Position numbers and translations under genes: made by a program. Source: Eledone cirrhosa (Eukaryota). Taken from it: a stretch of DNA of 64,000 nt. Location: positions 213,590,001 through 213,654,000 of the forward strand of contig OZ024740.1 of assembly GCA_964016885.1 (NCBI GenBank), in the 5' to 3' direction. This document shows, one piece after another, positions 40,096 to 51,540 of this stretch (the stretch's first letter is position 1; each line of letters begins with the position of its first letter). The notes beneath the pieces are model-generated. The model saw only the letters and a program-made list of their open reading frames with translations, was not told where the DNA came from and did not search any database.

Positions 40096-40424
40096 CTAGC
40101 GTTTCTCACCTGGTATTCTGCGGAACCCTAGGATTCCATAACAGGTCGCTAAGGGTTCTGTGAGAAACAGTGATAAATAAGCTAATGCTTTTTTAAAGTA
40201 ATTTTTGTTTAATTTTATATTGTAATTTTACTTCTCCCATACAGCATGGTTGTTGGAGAATCCTTGGTTATTATAAGAAAGGTTTCAACCTCTTATATTA
40301 TTTAAAACTAGATCGATATAACAGATAGTTATCAATAATTGTATACAATGATATTTATGTAGGGTTTCCCTGGGATATAAAAACTATTTCAAGGGTTCCA
40401 CAAGGATAAAAAGGTTGAGGAATA
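40096..40424. mobile_element. hAT-Charlie-type MITE
   Basis: gcgtttctcacctgg..gcggaaccctagg ... agggttcc..aaaaaggttgagga termini. Confidence 0.55.
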
Positions 40425-40924
40425 TATTTTTAAAAATGAGGCCCCGAGGGTGTGTGGCCCTAAGCTTATTTAGTCTAATGGGTAAGTCCAGCACTGCCCC
40501 CCCCCTTCTTATTCGTTGTCTTATACCCAAAGTAGGAAATATTCATGTTTTCTTTTATCTTTCTTTGTTGTTCTTTGTTTCTGTAGTGTTCTGGAGTGTT
40601 TCAGGAAATGTCTCAAATGTAGTATTTATGTATATATCTATCTATTTATTAACATATGTATAAATGTATATATCTGTATGCATGTATGTATGTGAGTGTG
40701 TATGTATGTATGTGTGTATGTATGCTTGTATGTATGTTCTTCTGGTTTTATAATTTCACAAAGTTTTACCAATAGAGAGAGAGTCGGTTTCTAACATAGA
40801 CACAAAACTCTCTCATTGGAATTTACACAACATCAACTAGGTAGATATGTATGTATGCATGTGTAGATATGGATGTTATTGTATGTGTGGATGTGTATGT
40901 TTTGAGTTGTATGTGTGCATGTGT

Positions 40925-41605
40925 ATATGCTTTGTATCTGTACATGTGTATATGCAGTTATTAGATGCAACATTTTTGGAATGTTTTACATATTTTTACT
41001 GTTCCATTAATGGATTGTACTTGTAGTTTCCTAACTAGTTGTGTTCTTTCTGTTCCTGTGAAGCCTAGCTTTTCAAGATTTGTATTGAGGCAGTTACTAA
41101 CATATCCCAGTGCCCCAATAATCACAGGCATAAATCTGAAGGTATAATCAGTATCTGCAGATTTCTCGTCAGTTCTGCATAAATATTCTCCTTTTCACTA
41201 ATCTTTGATATTATATTGGCATCTGCTGGGCAGCTAATTTCCACTACTGTGCATGTTTTCTTCTCCCTGTCCCATATCATAATATCTGGTCTGTTATGCC
41301 TGCATTTTATTGGGGATTTTACTGGAACATTCCACCAGTACTCTGTCATATTATGTACATGGATGTCTTCCACATTGTTGAAGCTTTTAATGTGTTTATT
41401 ATCGGGGCTATCTTTTCTACGAACTGCATTGTACAGTGTTTTGGCCACCACATCATGCCTCATAGGTACCGCGATGACGTCTTTATGTGAGTATGTGTAT
41501 GCTTTGTATCTGTACATGTCTATATGCAGTTATTAGATGCAACATTTTTTGAATGTTTTACATATTTTTTCTGTTCCATTAATGGATTGTACTTGTAATT
41601 TCCTA
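40925..41605 (-). mobile_element. R4/Dong-like non-LTR 3' fragments (RLE domain)
   Basis: RHDVVAK..HNRPDIMIWD..VVEISCP..EKENIY..PVIIGALG; about 110-bp 3' end present twice. Confidence 0.8.
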
Positions 41606-41903
41606 TGTATCATCATTTCATTTCATTTCATTTTACGTCCGCTTTTTCCCTGCTTGCAAGGGTGGGACGGGAACTGATTTTGGCTTGATTTCTACAGCTG
41701 GATGCCCTTCCTAACACCAACCTCATTTACAGTGAGTGCTGGGTGCTTTTTTGCCGTGGCACCTACACGTCCACTTTACAGTGGAATGATAGGGACCCCA
41801 GTCCCTATCATCTCATTTCTACAGCTGAGTAAATATTTATAAATATGTATGTAAATATTTATGTTTGTATGTATGTATGTATGTATGTATGTATGTATGT
41901 ATG

Positions 41904-41934
<31 letters not shown>

Positions 41935-41988
41935 GTATGTATGTATTTATGTATATGAATATTTGTATATATGTATATATGCATGCAT

Positions 41989-42560
41989 GTCAGGTCGCTC
42001 TTTAGCGTTACCGGTAACATGTAACCCAGTACAACCTGTCGCATGGTCGGGTCGTCGGCAACTAAACCCGCAGCCCCACCAAGCCTGCTTGGTGAGGAGG
42101 GTGATTTTGGACACCCTGCAGGACAAAAAACAAAACCTGTCAAAGGGCGAAGGAACCCAGCAGAGTCACCGGCCACATCCCATAAAATATTTGTTTCTGC
42201 GAGAGACTCCTAGTCTTCATTAAGACATCTCTCTAGGAGAAGGTCACTCTCATATAAAACCTACGACTTCGTTTGCATCCAATGATGTAGACCAGTTATT
42301 CATTTCGGGTAAATGTATTCGATGTTCAGAGAATGGGATTGGCCCCGTGCAAAGTCTTTCTTTACTTAAAAAAGCTTCAAGCACAGGCATCGCTTGATAT
42401 GTGACATTTCTTTTGCAATGCATGGCATTGCAGGCCATAGGCAAGTCCCTAGCAGGACTAAAAAGTATCAAGCAATGGCATTACTCGAATCGAGTTGCAG
42501 ACATCATCATATACATATATACACGGGGACTGCAGCGTTTTCACAGACGATTGCCGTCTC
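41989..42560 (+). mobile_element. Probable LINE (RTE-type) 5' UTR remnant
   Basis: GC-richer island after (TATG)n with motifs such as ctctaggagaaggtcactct; no ORF. Confidence 0.35.
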
Positions 42561-42904
42561 TTATTGATTCTTCGTTATCATCGCATCTGCGTAGATGACT
42601 TTGTAAGCCAGCTATAGATCTGGATTGTTTACGACACAGATGACAGAAGAGAGTTGTGTTTTCCACAGGACCGGTGGTGTCATCCCGTGAGGACACAATC
42701 TTTATGTACCACCATGTGTTTTTTTTTTTTGTCCGGCACTAGTTCTACACACTTTGCATATCACGCACTTTGTTTTGCTAGGTCTTTGTTGAATTGTGAT
42801 GCAGGTGATTATCCTTTAATGTGACTTCAGATAATTAACATAACCAGCCTTTGAGAGGAATACATGCTGACAGAAATTGCATGTCCAACTACTGATGACT
42901 TCAT

Positions 42905-43145
42905 CAAAACTGTGAACGTTTTGCAACCGCTCTTTATGTGCTTTCTCCACTCAGCCCTATTTAGAGCTATCTCCTCTCAGTTGTCTATATCAAATGCCAA
43001 CTCTTTGAGGTTGTTCTTGATGCTGTCCCTGAACCTCATTATCGGTTTGTGTTGAGACCTTTTTCCAAGATGGAGCTCACTGTAAAACAGTTGCTTCGGG
43101 ATCCTGCTTTCTTTCATGCGGATAATATGTCCTGTCAAGCGAATT
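42905..43145 (-). mobile_element. RTE/BovB-like LINE 3' fragment
   Basis: GHIIRMKESRIPKQLFYSEL..RFRDSIKNNLK..ALNRAEWRK. Confidence 0.75.
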
Positions 43146-43271
43146 TGAGATGTTACTTAGGACTCAATGCATTCACATACATACATACATACATACATAC
43201 ATGCATACATACATACATACATACATACATACATACATACATTTAGGGACTAACTATATGCCAAAAAGCAA

Positions 43272-44405
43272 GTTGTCCGACGCTCTACCGATTCTGCCAA
43301 TCCACCGCCCTAAATGGTTTCTGATATAAGCACAAGGCAAACAATTTTTGGGGAGGGAAAAGTCGATTAAATCGACCCCAGTCCATTACTGGTACTTTAT
43401 TTTATTGACCCCGTAAGGATGAAAGGCAAAGTTAATCTCGATTGGATTTGAACTCAGAACGTAAAGAGCCAGAATAAATATAGCTAAGCATTTTATCAGA
43501 CGCTTTAATTAGTCTTTCTTCCAATTCACATAAAATGTTTTCGTATTTCCAACTCCAAAATTATAACAAAAACAAATATATTTTTTTACAATTATTTTTT
43601 TACAACTTAATGTTTGTGATTATTGTTAAGTTTTGACACGTCTGGAATCTTTTAACACCTTCACAATATTTTCTTCAACTTTGACGTCATCACTATACAA
43701 GTGGACAATTCACCGATATACAACCCACGCACTAAAATATGTTATTTTGTGTCTTCATTACACTCTTTCTCCTTAATATTGCTTAGCTTGCGAAGGATCA
43801 ACGAATAATCAGGCTCACCTACAATCCCAGTAAACAGTATGCTTGGCATCGTTGATATTTATTTTTTCTTTATAACTGGGGTTGTTTTGTCTTTTTTTCT
43901 TTCTTTTTTTTTTAATGTTCCATCGAAGTTTCCCCCTTGTGCGCCCACATACGGCTACGTTTCACAACTAGCACGCAAAAGAAAATAATGGTTTCTGATA
44001 TAGGCACAAGGCCAGCAATTTTTTTTTTTTTTGGGGGGGGGGGGGAGTTGATTAATTCAACCCAATGCGTGACTCGTACTTTATTTTAAAGGCAAAGTTA
44101 ACCTCGACGGAGTTTGAAAACAGAATGTAAAGGGCCGTAACGTAACGTAAAGGGCATGTTGTCCGACGCTCTACCAATACTGCCAGAAAATAATATGGTC
44201 ACTACAGTTTAGTGACTTTGAAATAATTGTTTCTATTTTTGGCACAAGGCCAACAATTATCCCAGTGTATTACTGGTACTTTATTTTATCGACCCCGTCA
44301 GGATGAAGGGCAAAGTTAACCTCGACGGGATTTGAACTCAGACCGTAAAGGGACGTAACTATGCTACAAATCTTTGTGTCTGGCCCTCTACCGATACTGC
44401 CAATT
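43272..44405 (-). mobile_element. Cluster of dominant SINE copies
   Basis: Reverse-complement core at about 43315-43505, 43988-44185 and 44222-44405. Confidence 0.8.
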
Positions 44406-44810
44406 AAAGCTAACTAGACAGCCGTCAAGGGCTCAGACATCAGAGAGATGTATTACTGAACTTTAAAGGATCACAGATACAGGTTTGTAAAATTAACTTG
44501 AATAAGAAATAATTACCTGTGATTGATAGGTAAATCGCTTAACGTTATGAACATATCCAAAGCGGTGGAGAGGGTCGTATGGTGTTATAATCTTGAGTAT
44601 GGTGTTATAATGTTGAGTAGGTGAGTGTGGTGTAGTAGAGAATGCAGGTATAGTAATTTTCTAAGAAGTGTCAGAACAAATGTCAAAATCTAAGTTCGTC
44701 GTTTATATATACACTCACACACACGCACATATATATACACACATACATATATATATGTACACACACACAAATATATATATATATAAAGAAACAGACATTT
44801 TTTCTGAGGG

Positions 44811-44903
44811 GTCTCTTGATAAGCCGTATCAACCTCACAGCGATGATGAATTTTTATAGTGCAGAATTCGTTGCACACGAATCGGCGAAAGTGCAGTCAG
44901 GAC
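44811..44903 (+). ncRNA. HHR-like motif with U3-A8 core, imperfect stems
   Basis: GUCUC-UUGAUAA-GCCG...CGGC-GAAA-GUGCAG-UC-AGGAC. Confidence 0.4.
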
Positions 44904-45183
44904 TTTGAAGGAAAAATAGGTATATTTTTGTCTATTATTTCCTCATATTTTGTAATTTGATATATATATATATATATAAGTATGTACACGTACATACATA
45001 TATGTATACCGACGTACAGTAGTATGTATATATATATATACATACATGCACACATATATATATGCACGTATGGATTCACCGAACATTTATTATAATGCTC
45101 GGTGTGTTTGTAAACAAACATCCCGTATTAAGCCGTAGTGTCTAGCAACCACCGTTGCTCGTTTGTTCAACACTGACAAAGGA

Positions 45184-45226
45184 ACGCTGTACTAGTTTCA
45201 AGCTTGTTAGCTATCGTCAGCAACGT
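45184..45226 (-). ncRNA. Type I HHR (identical copies at 45606-45648 and 46028-46070)
   Basis: Reverse complement of the motif at 46705-46747. Confidence 0.8.
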
Positions 45227-46704
45227 ATACCTTCCTGCCAGATTGTTGAACGTATATACTTACCTTATGCATATTAACGGCTGAGTAGCCCAATATGCAT
45301 ATCGAGTGGGTTAATCGGCCGGGTGCACCGAAAACGATAAACGGAAAAAATGAAACGATATTTCATTTCCCACTCTTAGTACGGCTGTTACTTAAATATA
45401 AGTATGTACACGTACATACATATATGTATACCGACGTACAGTAGTATGTATATATATATATACATACATGCACACATATATATATGCACGTATGGATTCA
45501 CCGAACATTTATTATAATGCTCGGTGTGTTTGTAAACAAACATCCCGTATTAAGCCGTAGTGTCTAGCAACCACCGTTGCTCGTTTGTTCAACACTGACA
45601 AAGGAACGCTGTACTAGTTTCAAGCTTGTTAGCTATCGTCAGCAACGTATACCTTCCTGCCAGATTGTTGAACGTATATACTTACCTTATGCATATTAAC
45701 GGCTGAGTAGCCCAATATGCATATCGAGTGGGTTAATCGGCCGGGTGCACCGAAAACGATAAACGGAAAAAATGAAACGATATTTCATTTCCCACTCTTA
45801 GTACGGCTGTTACTTAAATATAAGTATGTACACGTACATACATATATGTATACCGACGTACAGTAGTATGTATATATATATATACATACATGCACACATA
45901 TATATATGCACGTATGGATTCACCGAACATTTATTATAATGCTCGGTGTGTTTGTAAACAAACATCCCGTATTAAGCCGTAGTGTCTAGCAACCACCGTT
46001 GCTCGTTTGTTCAACACTGACAAAGGAACGCTGTACTAGTTTCAAGCTTGTTAGCTATCGTCAGCAACGTATACCTTCCTGCCAGATTGTTGAACGTATA
46101 TACTTACCTTATGCATATTAACGGCTGAGTAGCCCAATATGCATATCGAGTGGGTTAATCGGCCGGGTGCACCGAAAACGATAAACGGAAAAAATGAAAC
46201 GATATTTCATTTCCCACTCTTAGTACGGCTGTTACTTAAATATAAGTATGTACACGTACATACATATATGTATACCGACGTACAGTAGTATGTATATATA
46301 TATATACATACATGCACACATATATATATGCACGTATGGATTCACCGAACATTTATTATAATGCTCGGTGTGTTTGTAAACAAACATCCCGTATTAAGCC
46401 GTAGTGTCTAGCATTATAATAAATGTTCGGTGAATCCATACGTGCATATATATATGTGTGCATGTATGTATATATATATATACATACTACTGTACGTCGG
46501 TATACATATATGTATGTACGTGTACATACTTATATTTAAGTAACAGCCGTACTAAGAGTGGGAAATGAAATATCGTTTCATTTTTTCCGTTTATCGTTTT
46601 CGGTGCACCCGGCCGATTAACCCACTCGATATGCATATTGGGCTACTCAGCCGTTAATATGCATAAGGTAAGTATATACGTTCAACAATCTGGCAGGAAG
46701 GTAT

Positions 46705-46747
46705 ACGTTGCTGACGATAGCTAACAAGCTTGAAACTAGTACAGCGT
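46705..46747 (+). ncRNA. Type I HHR (identical copies at 47127-47169 and 47550-47592)
   Basis: ACGUUG-CUGACGA-U AGCU aaca AGCU U-GAAA-CUAG-UA-CAGCGU: 6-bp stem I, intact core, palindromic ACUAGU stem III, GUA site. Confidence 0.8.
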
Positions 46748-47855
46748 TCCTTTGTCAGTGTTGAACAAACGAGCAACGGTGGTTGCTAGACACTACGGCT
46801 TAATACGGGATGTTTGTTTACAAACACACCGAGCATTATAATAAATGTTCGGTGAATCCATACGTGCATATATATATGTGTGCATGTATGTATATATATA
46901 TATACATACTACTGTACGTCGGTATACATATATGTATGTACGTGTACATACTTATATTTAAGTAACAGCCGTACTAAGAGTGGGAAATGAAATATCGTTT
47001 CATTTTTTCCGTTTATCGTTTTCGGTGCACCCGGCCGATTAACCCACTCGATATGCATATTGGGCTACTCAGCCGTTAATATGCATAAGGTAAGTATATA
47101 CGTTCAACAATCTGGCAGGAAGGTATACGTTGCTGACGATAGCTAACAAGCTTGAAACTAGTACAGCGTTCCTTTGTCAGTGTTGAACAAACGAGCAACG
47201 GTGGTTGCTAGACACTACGGCTTAATACGGGATGTTTGTTTACAAACACACCGAGCATTATAATAAATGTTCGGTGAATCCATACGTGCATATATATATG
47301 TGTGCATGTATGTATATATATATATACATACTACTGTACGTCGGTATACATATATGTATGTACGTGTACATACTTATATTTAAGTAACAGCCGTACTAAG
47401 AGTGGGAAATGAAATATCGTTTCATTTTTTTCCGTTTATCGTTTTCGGTGCACCCGGCCGATTAACCCACTCGATATGCATATTGGGCTACTCAGCCGTT
47501 AATATGCATAAGGTAAGTATATACGTTCAACAATCTGGCAGGAAGGTATACGTTGCTGACGATAGCTAACAAGCTTGAAACTAGTACAGCGTTCCTTTGT
47601 CAGTGTTGAACAAACGAGCAACGGTGGTTGCTAGACACTACGGCTTAATACGGGATGTTTGTTTACAAACACACCGAGCATTATAATAAATGTTCGGTGA
47701 ATCCATACGTGCATATATATATGTGTGCATGTATGTATATATATATATACATACTACTGTACGTCGGTATACATATATGTATGTACGTGTACATACTTAT
47801 ATTTAAGTAACAGCCGTACTAAGAGTGGGAAATGAAATATCGTTTCATTTTTTCC

Positions 47856-47911
<56 letters not shown>

Positions 47912-47951
47912 GAAATAACAGTAGGCTGGACTGGTGCAAATCCTTGAAAGG

Positions 47952-48024
47952 TATATTATACTATGATCATTTCAATGACCGGGTTCCATATGAATCCGGT
48001 GATATCATCAGGTATTGGAATATA
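47952..48024 (-). ncRNA. Type I HHR motif
   Basis: UAUAUU cca AUAC-CUGAUGA-UAUCACCGG..CCGGUCAUU-GAAA-UGAUCA-UA-GUAU AAUAUA. Confidence 0.75.
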
Positions 48025-48127
48025 ACAAAGGAATATGTAAAAAGCCATGGGTCCGAAAAACCATGGGTCCGGGAAACCAGAGACAGAAAGGGCGGCTGAC
48101 CAACTAGCTTCACAGCCAGCCGCCCAC

Positions 48128-48275
<148 letters not shown>

Positions 48276-48442
48276 GAGGGCGGCTGGCTGTGAAGCTAGT
48301 TGGTCAGCCGCCCTTTCTGTAGGAGGTGAGTTTTATTGTAGCACAATAAAGCAATGCAAATATCGGATAAGTAGCACTCAACAGTTTATAGGACTGGAGT
48401 ATAAATAATATAAGATCAAAAGATGGTTAAAAGAGTTCCATG

Positions 48443-48514
48443 TATTTTATTATGCGAATTTCAAAAACAAATATCATCATTGGGATGATATTTGCGTTCT
48501 CATCAGATAAAATA
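48443..48514 (-). ncRNA. Type I HHR motif (mirror of 48642-48713)
   Basis: UAUUUUAU-CUGAUGA-long stem II-GAAA-UUCGCA-UA-AUAAAAUA. Confidence 0.72.
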
Positions 48515-48641
48515 GGGAGACATGATATGAAGCTTAAAAAACACTTGCGAGCAGTGAAGTGCCAAATCAACGTATAACATACATGTTGATTTGACACTTC
48601 ACTGCTCGCAAGTGTTTTTTAAGCTTCATATCATGTCTCCC

Positions 48642-48713
48642 TATTTTATCTGATGAGAACGCAAATATCATCCTAATGGTGATATTTGCTTTTGAAATGC
48701 GCATAATAAAATA
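48642..48713 (+). ncRNA. Type I HHR motif
   Basis: 8-bp stem I, CUGAUGA at 48650, stem II including GCAAAUAUCA/UGAUAUUUGC, GAAA at 48694, AUGCGCAU stem III, AUA site. Confidence 0.8.
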
Positions 48714-48743
48714 CATGGAACTTTTTTAACCATCTTTTGATTT

Positions 48744-48840
<97 letters not shown>

Positions 48841-48971
48841 GTAGATAAATCTATCAAAATATACGGTAGTGTCCAAAAGAACTCAATGTAATCCAAATAT
48901 CATGAAAAGAGAAGATGCATTCAAAAATTTTCGATGAAAATCATAGGAAAACAGAGTCAAGATAAATTAAT

Positions 48972-49768
48972 AAAAACAATGATATAAAAACAAAGAACAA
49001 TTTCCTTATATTAAAAAATTCATCATTTTACGATCGTTTCTAGGATGTATATGTGTGTTGGTATGTATATCATATAGATCTATGTAAAAATATTACAAAT
49101 TATCAGAGGAAATATACATACCTTCACATATACATGCTGTTTTCAGAAATGATGAGATTTGTTTATTGAAAAAAAAACAAAACAAAGGTTTAATATAAAA
49201 GGTTTGTTTGGGAACAGGTTTTGAATTGAGCAATAGAAAAGTAGTTAGAGGTCAAGTTGATAGAATAGTAGTAGTAGAAATTTAATTTAGGGGTAGAGGA
49301 GTGCAGACTTATGTTTTGAATGGAAAGAATACTTTGAATGAAATGAATACTTTGGGGATGACCTCTGGCTTGACCTCTTTTCATCCCCAAAGTATTCATT
49401 TCATTCAAAGTATTCTTTCCATTCAAAACATAAGTCTGCACTCCTCTACCCCTAAATTAAATTTCTACTACCACTATTCCATCAACTTGACCTCTAACTA
49501 CTTTTCTATTGGTCAATTCAAAACCTGTTCCCAAACAAACCTTTTATATTAAACCTTTGTTGTTTTTTTTCAATAAACAAATCTCATCATTTCTGAAGAC
49601 AGCATGTATATGTAAAGGTATGTATATTTCTTCTGATAATTTGTAATATTTTTACATAGATCTATATGATATACATACCAACACACATATACATCCTAGA
49701 AACGATCGTAAAATGACGAATTTTTTAATATAAGGAACTTGTTCTTTGTTTTTATTTCATTGTTTTTC
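48972..49768. repeat. Large fold-back with arms of about 390 bp, containing a mirrored HHR
   Basis: 48972-49361 pairs with 49381-49768 with scattered mismatches. Confidence 0.92.
49587..49716 (+). ncRNA. Type I HHR with a large insertion in loop II (mirror copy 49020-49155 has G8A)
   Basis: UCAUUU-CUGAAGA-CAGCAUGUAUAUGU...ACAUAUACAUCCUA-GAAA-CGAUCG-UA-AAAUGA. Confidence 0.65.
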
Positions 49769-50505
49769 GTTTTAGGTAATCCAGTTAGAGGTTGTGAGTA
49801 CTCTGTACTATGGATAGTTTTAACGTACGGCGTTGTTTGACTCAACAAGAGGTTTCCTTAGTTAGGTAGTGAGTTTGCGAGAATTCCCATGCAGGTCATT
49901 CTTGGAGTAATAGTAGTGAAAGAGTGAAGAATAACATGGTCGGCTGTACAAAAAGGGTTTTGTTTACAGTATTAACAATTGTTTCATTGATCAGGTGAGT
50001 CTAAAGGCCGCTAATCACTCGAAGTTGCGTCACTCGACCTTAAATACAGTGTGTGTCTGATCAAATTATTGGAATACTGGAGGGTGTAACACATGGCATT
50101 GGTATTTATAGATACATCGGAGAATCAAGTGGATGAAAACAATAACATCAATAATAACAGATAATAAAAGATAATAATAAAGAAGTCAGAATGAAAATGA
50201 TAAAGATATAAAAAATAATCAAAAAAAATAAGTACAGAATACGATTGCTGATAATAGTAGTGGTGGTGGTGGTAGATGAAGTTATAGTGGTGAGTAAGTG
50301 GATGTGTAAAATAGTGATGACGGTAAAGATAACAAAAACACGAAAAGAAATACGAGGTATAATCAAATCTCAGAGGATTAAAATAAAAAATAAAAAATAA
50401 AAAATAAAAAATAAGTAAGAGAGGAAGAGATAAGGGACAGGAGATAGAGAGTGAGGATAAGGATTCGAGGATGAGACATAAGGGGTAGGACTAAGGACGG
50501 GGAAG

Positions 50506-51145
50506 GAGTAGATAGATAGATAGAGAACAAAAAGTGAGTAGAATAAAAAGGAGTAGATAAATAGAGAACAAAAAGTGAGTAGAATAAAAAGGAGTAGATA
50601 GATAGAGAACAAAAAGTGAGTAGAATAAAAAGGAGTAGATAGATAGAGAACAAAAAGTGAGTAGAATAAAAAGGAGTAGATAAATAGAGAACAAAAAGTG
50701 AGTAGAATAAAAAGGAGTAGATAGATAGAGAACAAAAAGTGAGTAGAATAAAAAGGAGTAGATAAATAGAGAACAAAAAGTGAGTAGAATAAAAAGGAGT
50801 AGATAAATAGAGAACAAAAAGTGAGTAGAATAAAAAGGAGTAGATAGATAGAGAACAAAAAGTGAGTAGAATATAAAGGAGTAGATAGATAGAGAACAAA
50901 AAGTGAGTAGAATATAAAGGAGTAGATAGATAGAGAACAAAAAGTGAGTAGAATATAAAGGAGTAGATAGATAGAGAACAAAAAGTGAGTAGAATATAAA
51001 GGAGTAGATAGATAGAGAACAAAAAGTGAGTAGAATAAAAAGGAGTAGATAAATAGAGAACAAAAAGTGAGTAGAATAAAAAGGAGTAGATAGATAGAGA
51101 ACAAAAAGTGAGTAGAATAAAAAGGAGTAGATAGATAGATAGAGA
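50506..51145. repeat. 41-bp purine-rich minisatellite, about 15 copies
   Basis: Unit gagtagatagatagagaacaaaaagtgagtagaataaaaag. Confidence 0.97.
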
Positions 51146-51153
51146 AATAAAAG

Positions 51154-51412
51154 CGAGGTCACCTGCTGAGATCATCCTGTTTTGCATCAGATGATGGAGC
51201 TGAACCATTGAAATATGTATAGTGTTTTCACAGAATTAAAATGTACAGCATATCTTTCAATACGGCCTTCTGTTGTCGTTTTAAATATATATATATAAGG
51301 CCGTATTGAAAGATATGCTGTACATTTTAATTCTGTGAAAACACTATACATATTTCAATGGCTCAGCTCCATCATCTGATGCAAAACAGGATGATCTCAG
51401 CAGGTGACCTCG
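51154..51412. repeat. Fold-back carrying mirrored variant HHR scaffolds (51155-51229 +, 51337-51411 -)
   Basis: GAGGUCAC-CUGCUGA...-GAAA-UAUGUA-UA-GUGUUUUC; homologous to the 123-bp unit. Confidence 0.75.
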
Positions 51413-51540
51413 ACAGAATTGCATAAAAGGGTTGCGTAGAACCCATACTTATCGTAGACGTAAAGAGAATAGCAAGTTGGAAAATTGAAAAGTGAAAAGG
51501 AAAAAGAAAACAAAAATGAAAATTTGACTTGAAGACCGCC

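Larger units (their letters stand above)
44975..47859. repeat. 422-bp tandem array (3.4 units) followed by its inverted copy (3.4 units); HHR-bearing retrozyme / Penelope pLTR-like array
   Basis: aagtatgtacacg recurs at 44978, 45400, 45822, 46244; orientation flips at 46411; (TA)n at both ends. Confidence 0.95.

Noticed and set aside
41989-42130. HDV-like ribozyme at a putative RTE 5' end
   Set aside because: I could not assemble the nested double pseudoknot by eye; a descriptor search would be needed.
49190-49552. Two near-identical 83-aa ORFs on opposite strands
   Set aside because: A by-product of the palindrome; no recognisable domain.
49780-50130. Possible LINE C-terminal zinc-finger remnant on the minus strand (C.YCKQNPFCTADHVILH)
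   Set aside because: Too short and degenerate to call.
50370-51208. Hydrophobic 223-276 aa ORFs resembling membrane proteins
   Set aside because: Translations of the 41-bp minisatellite.
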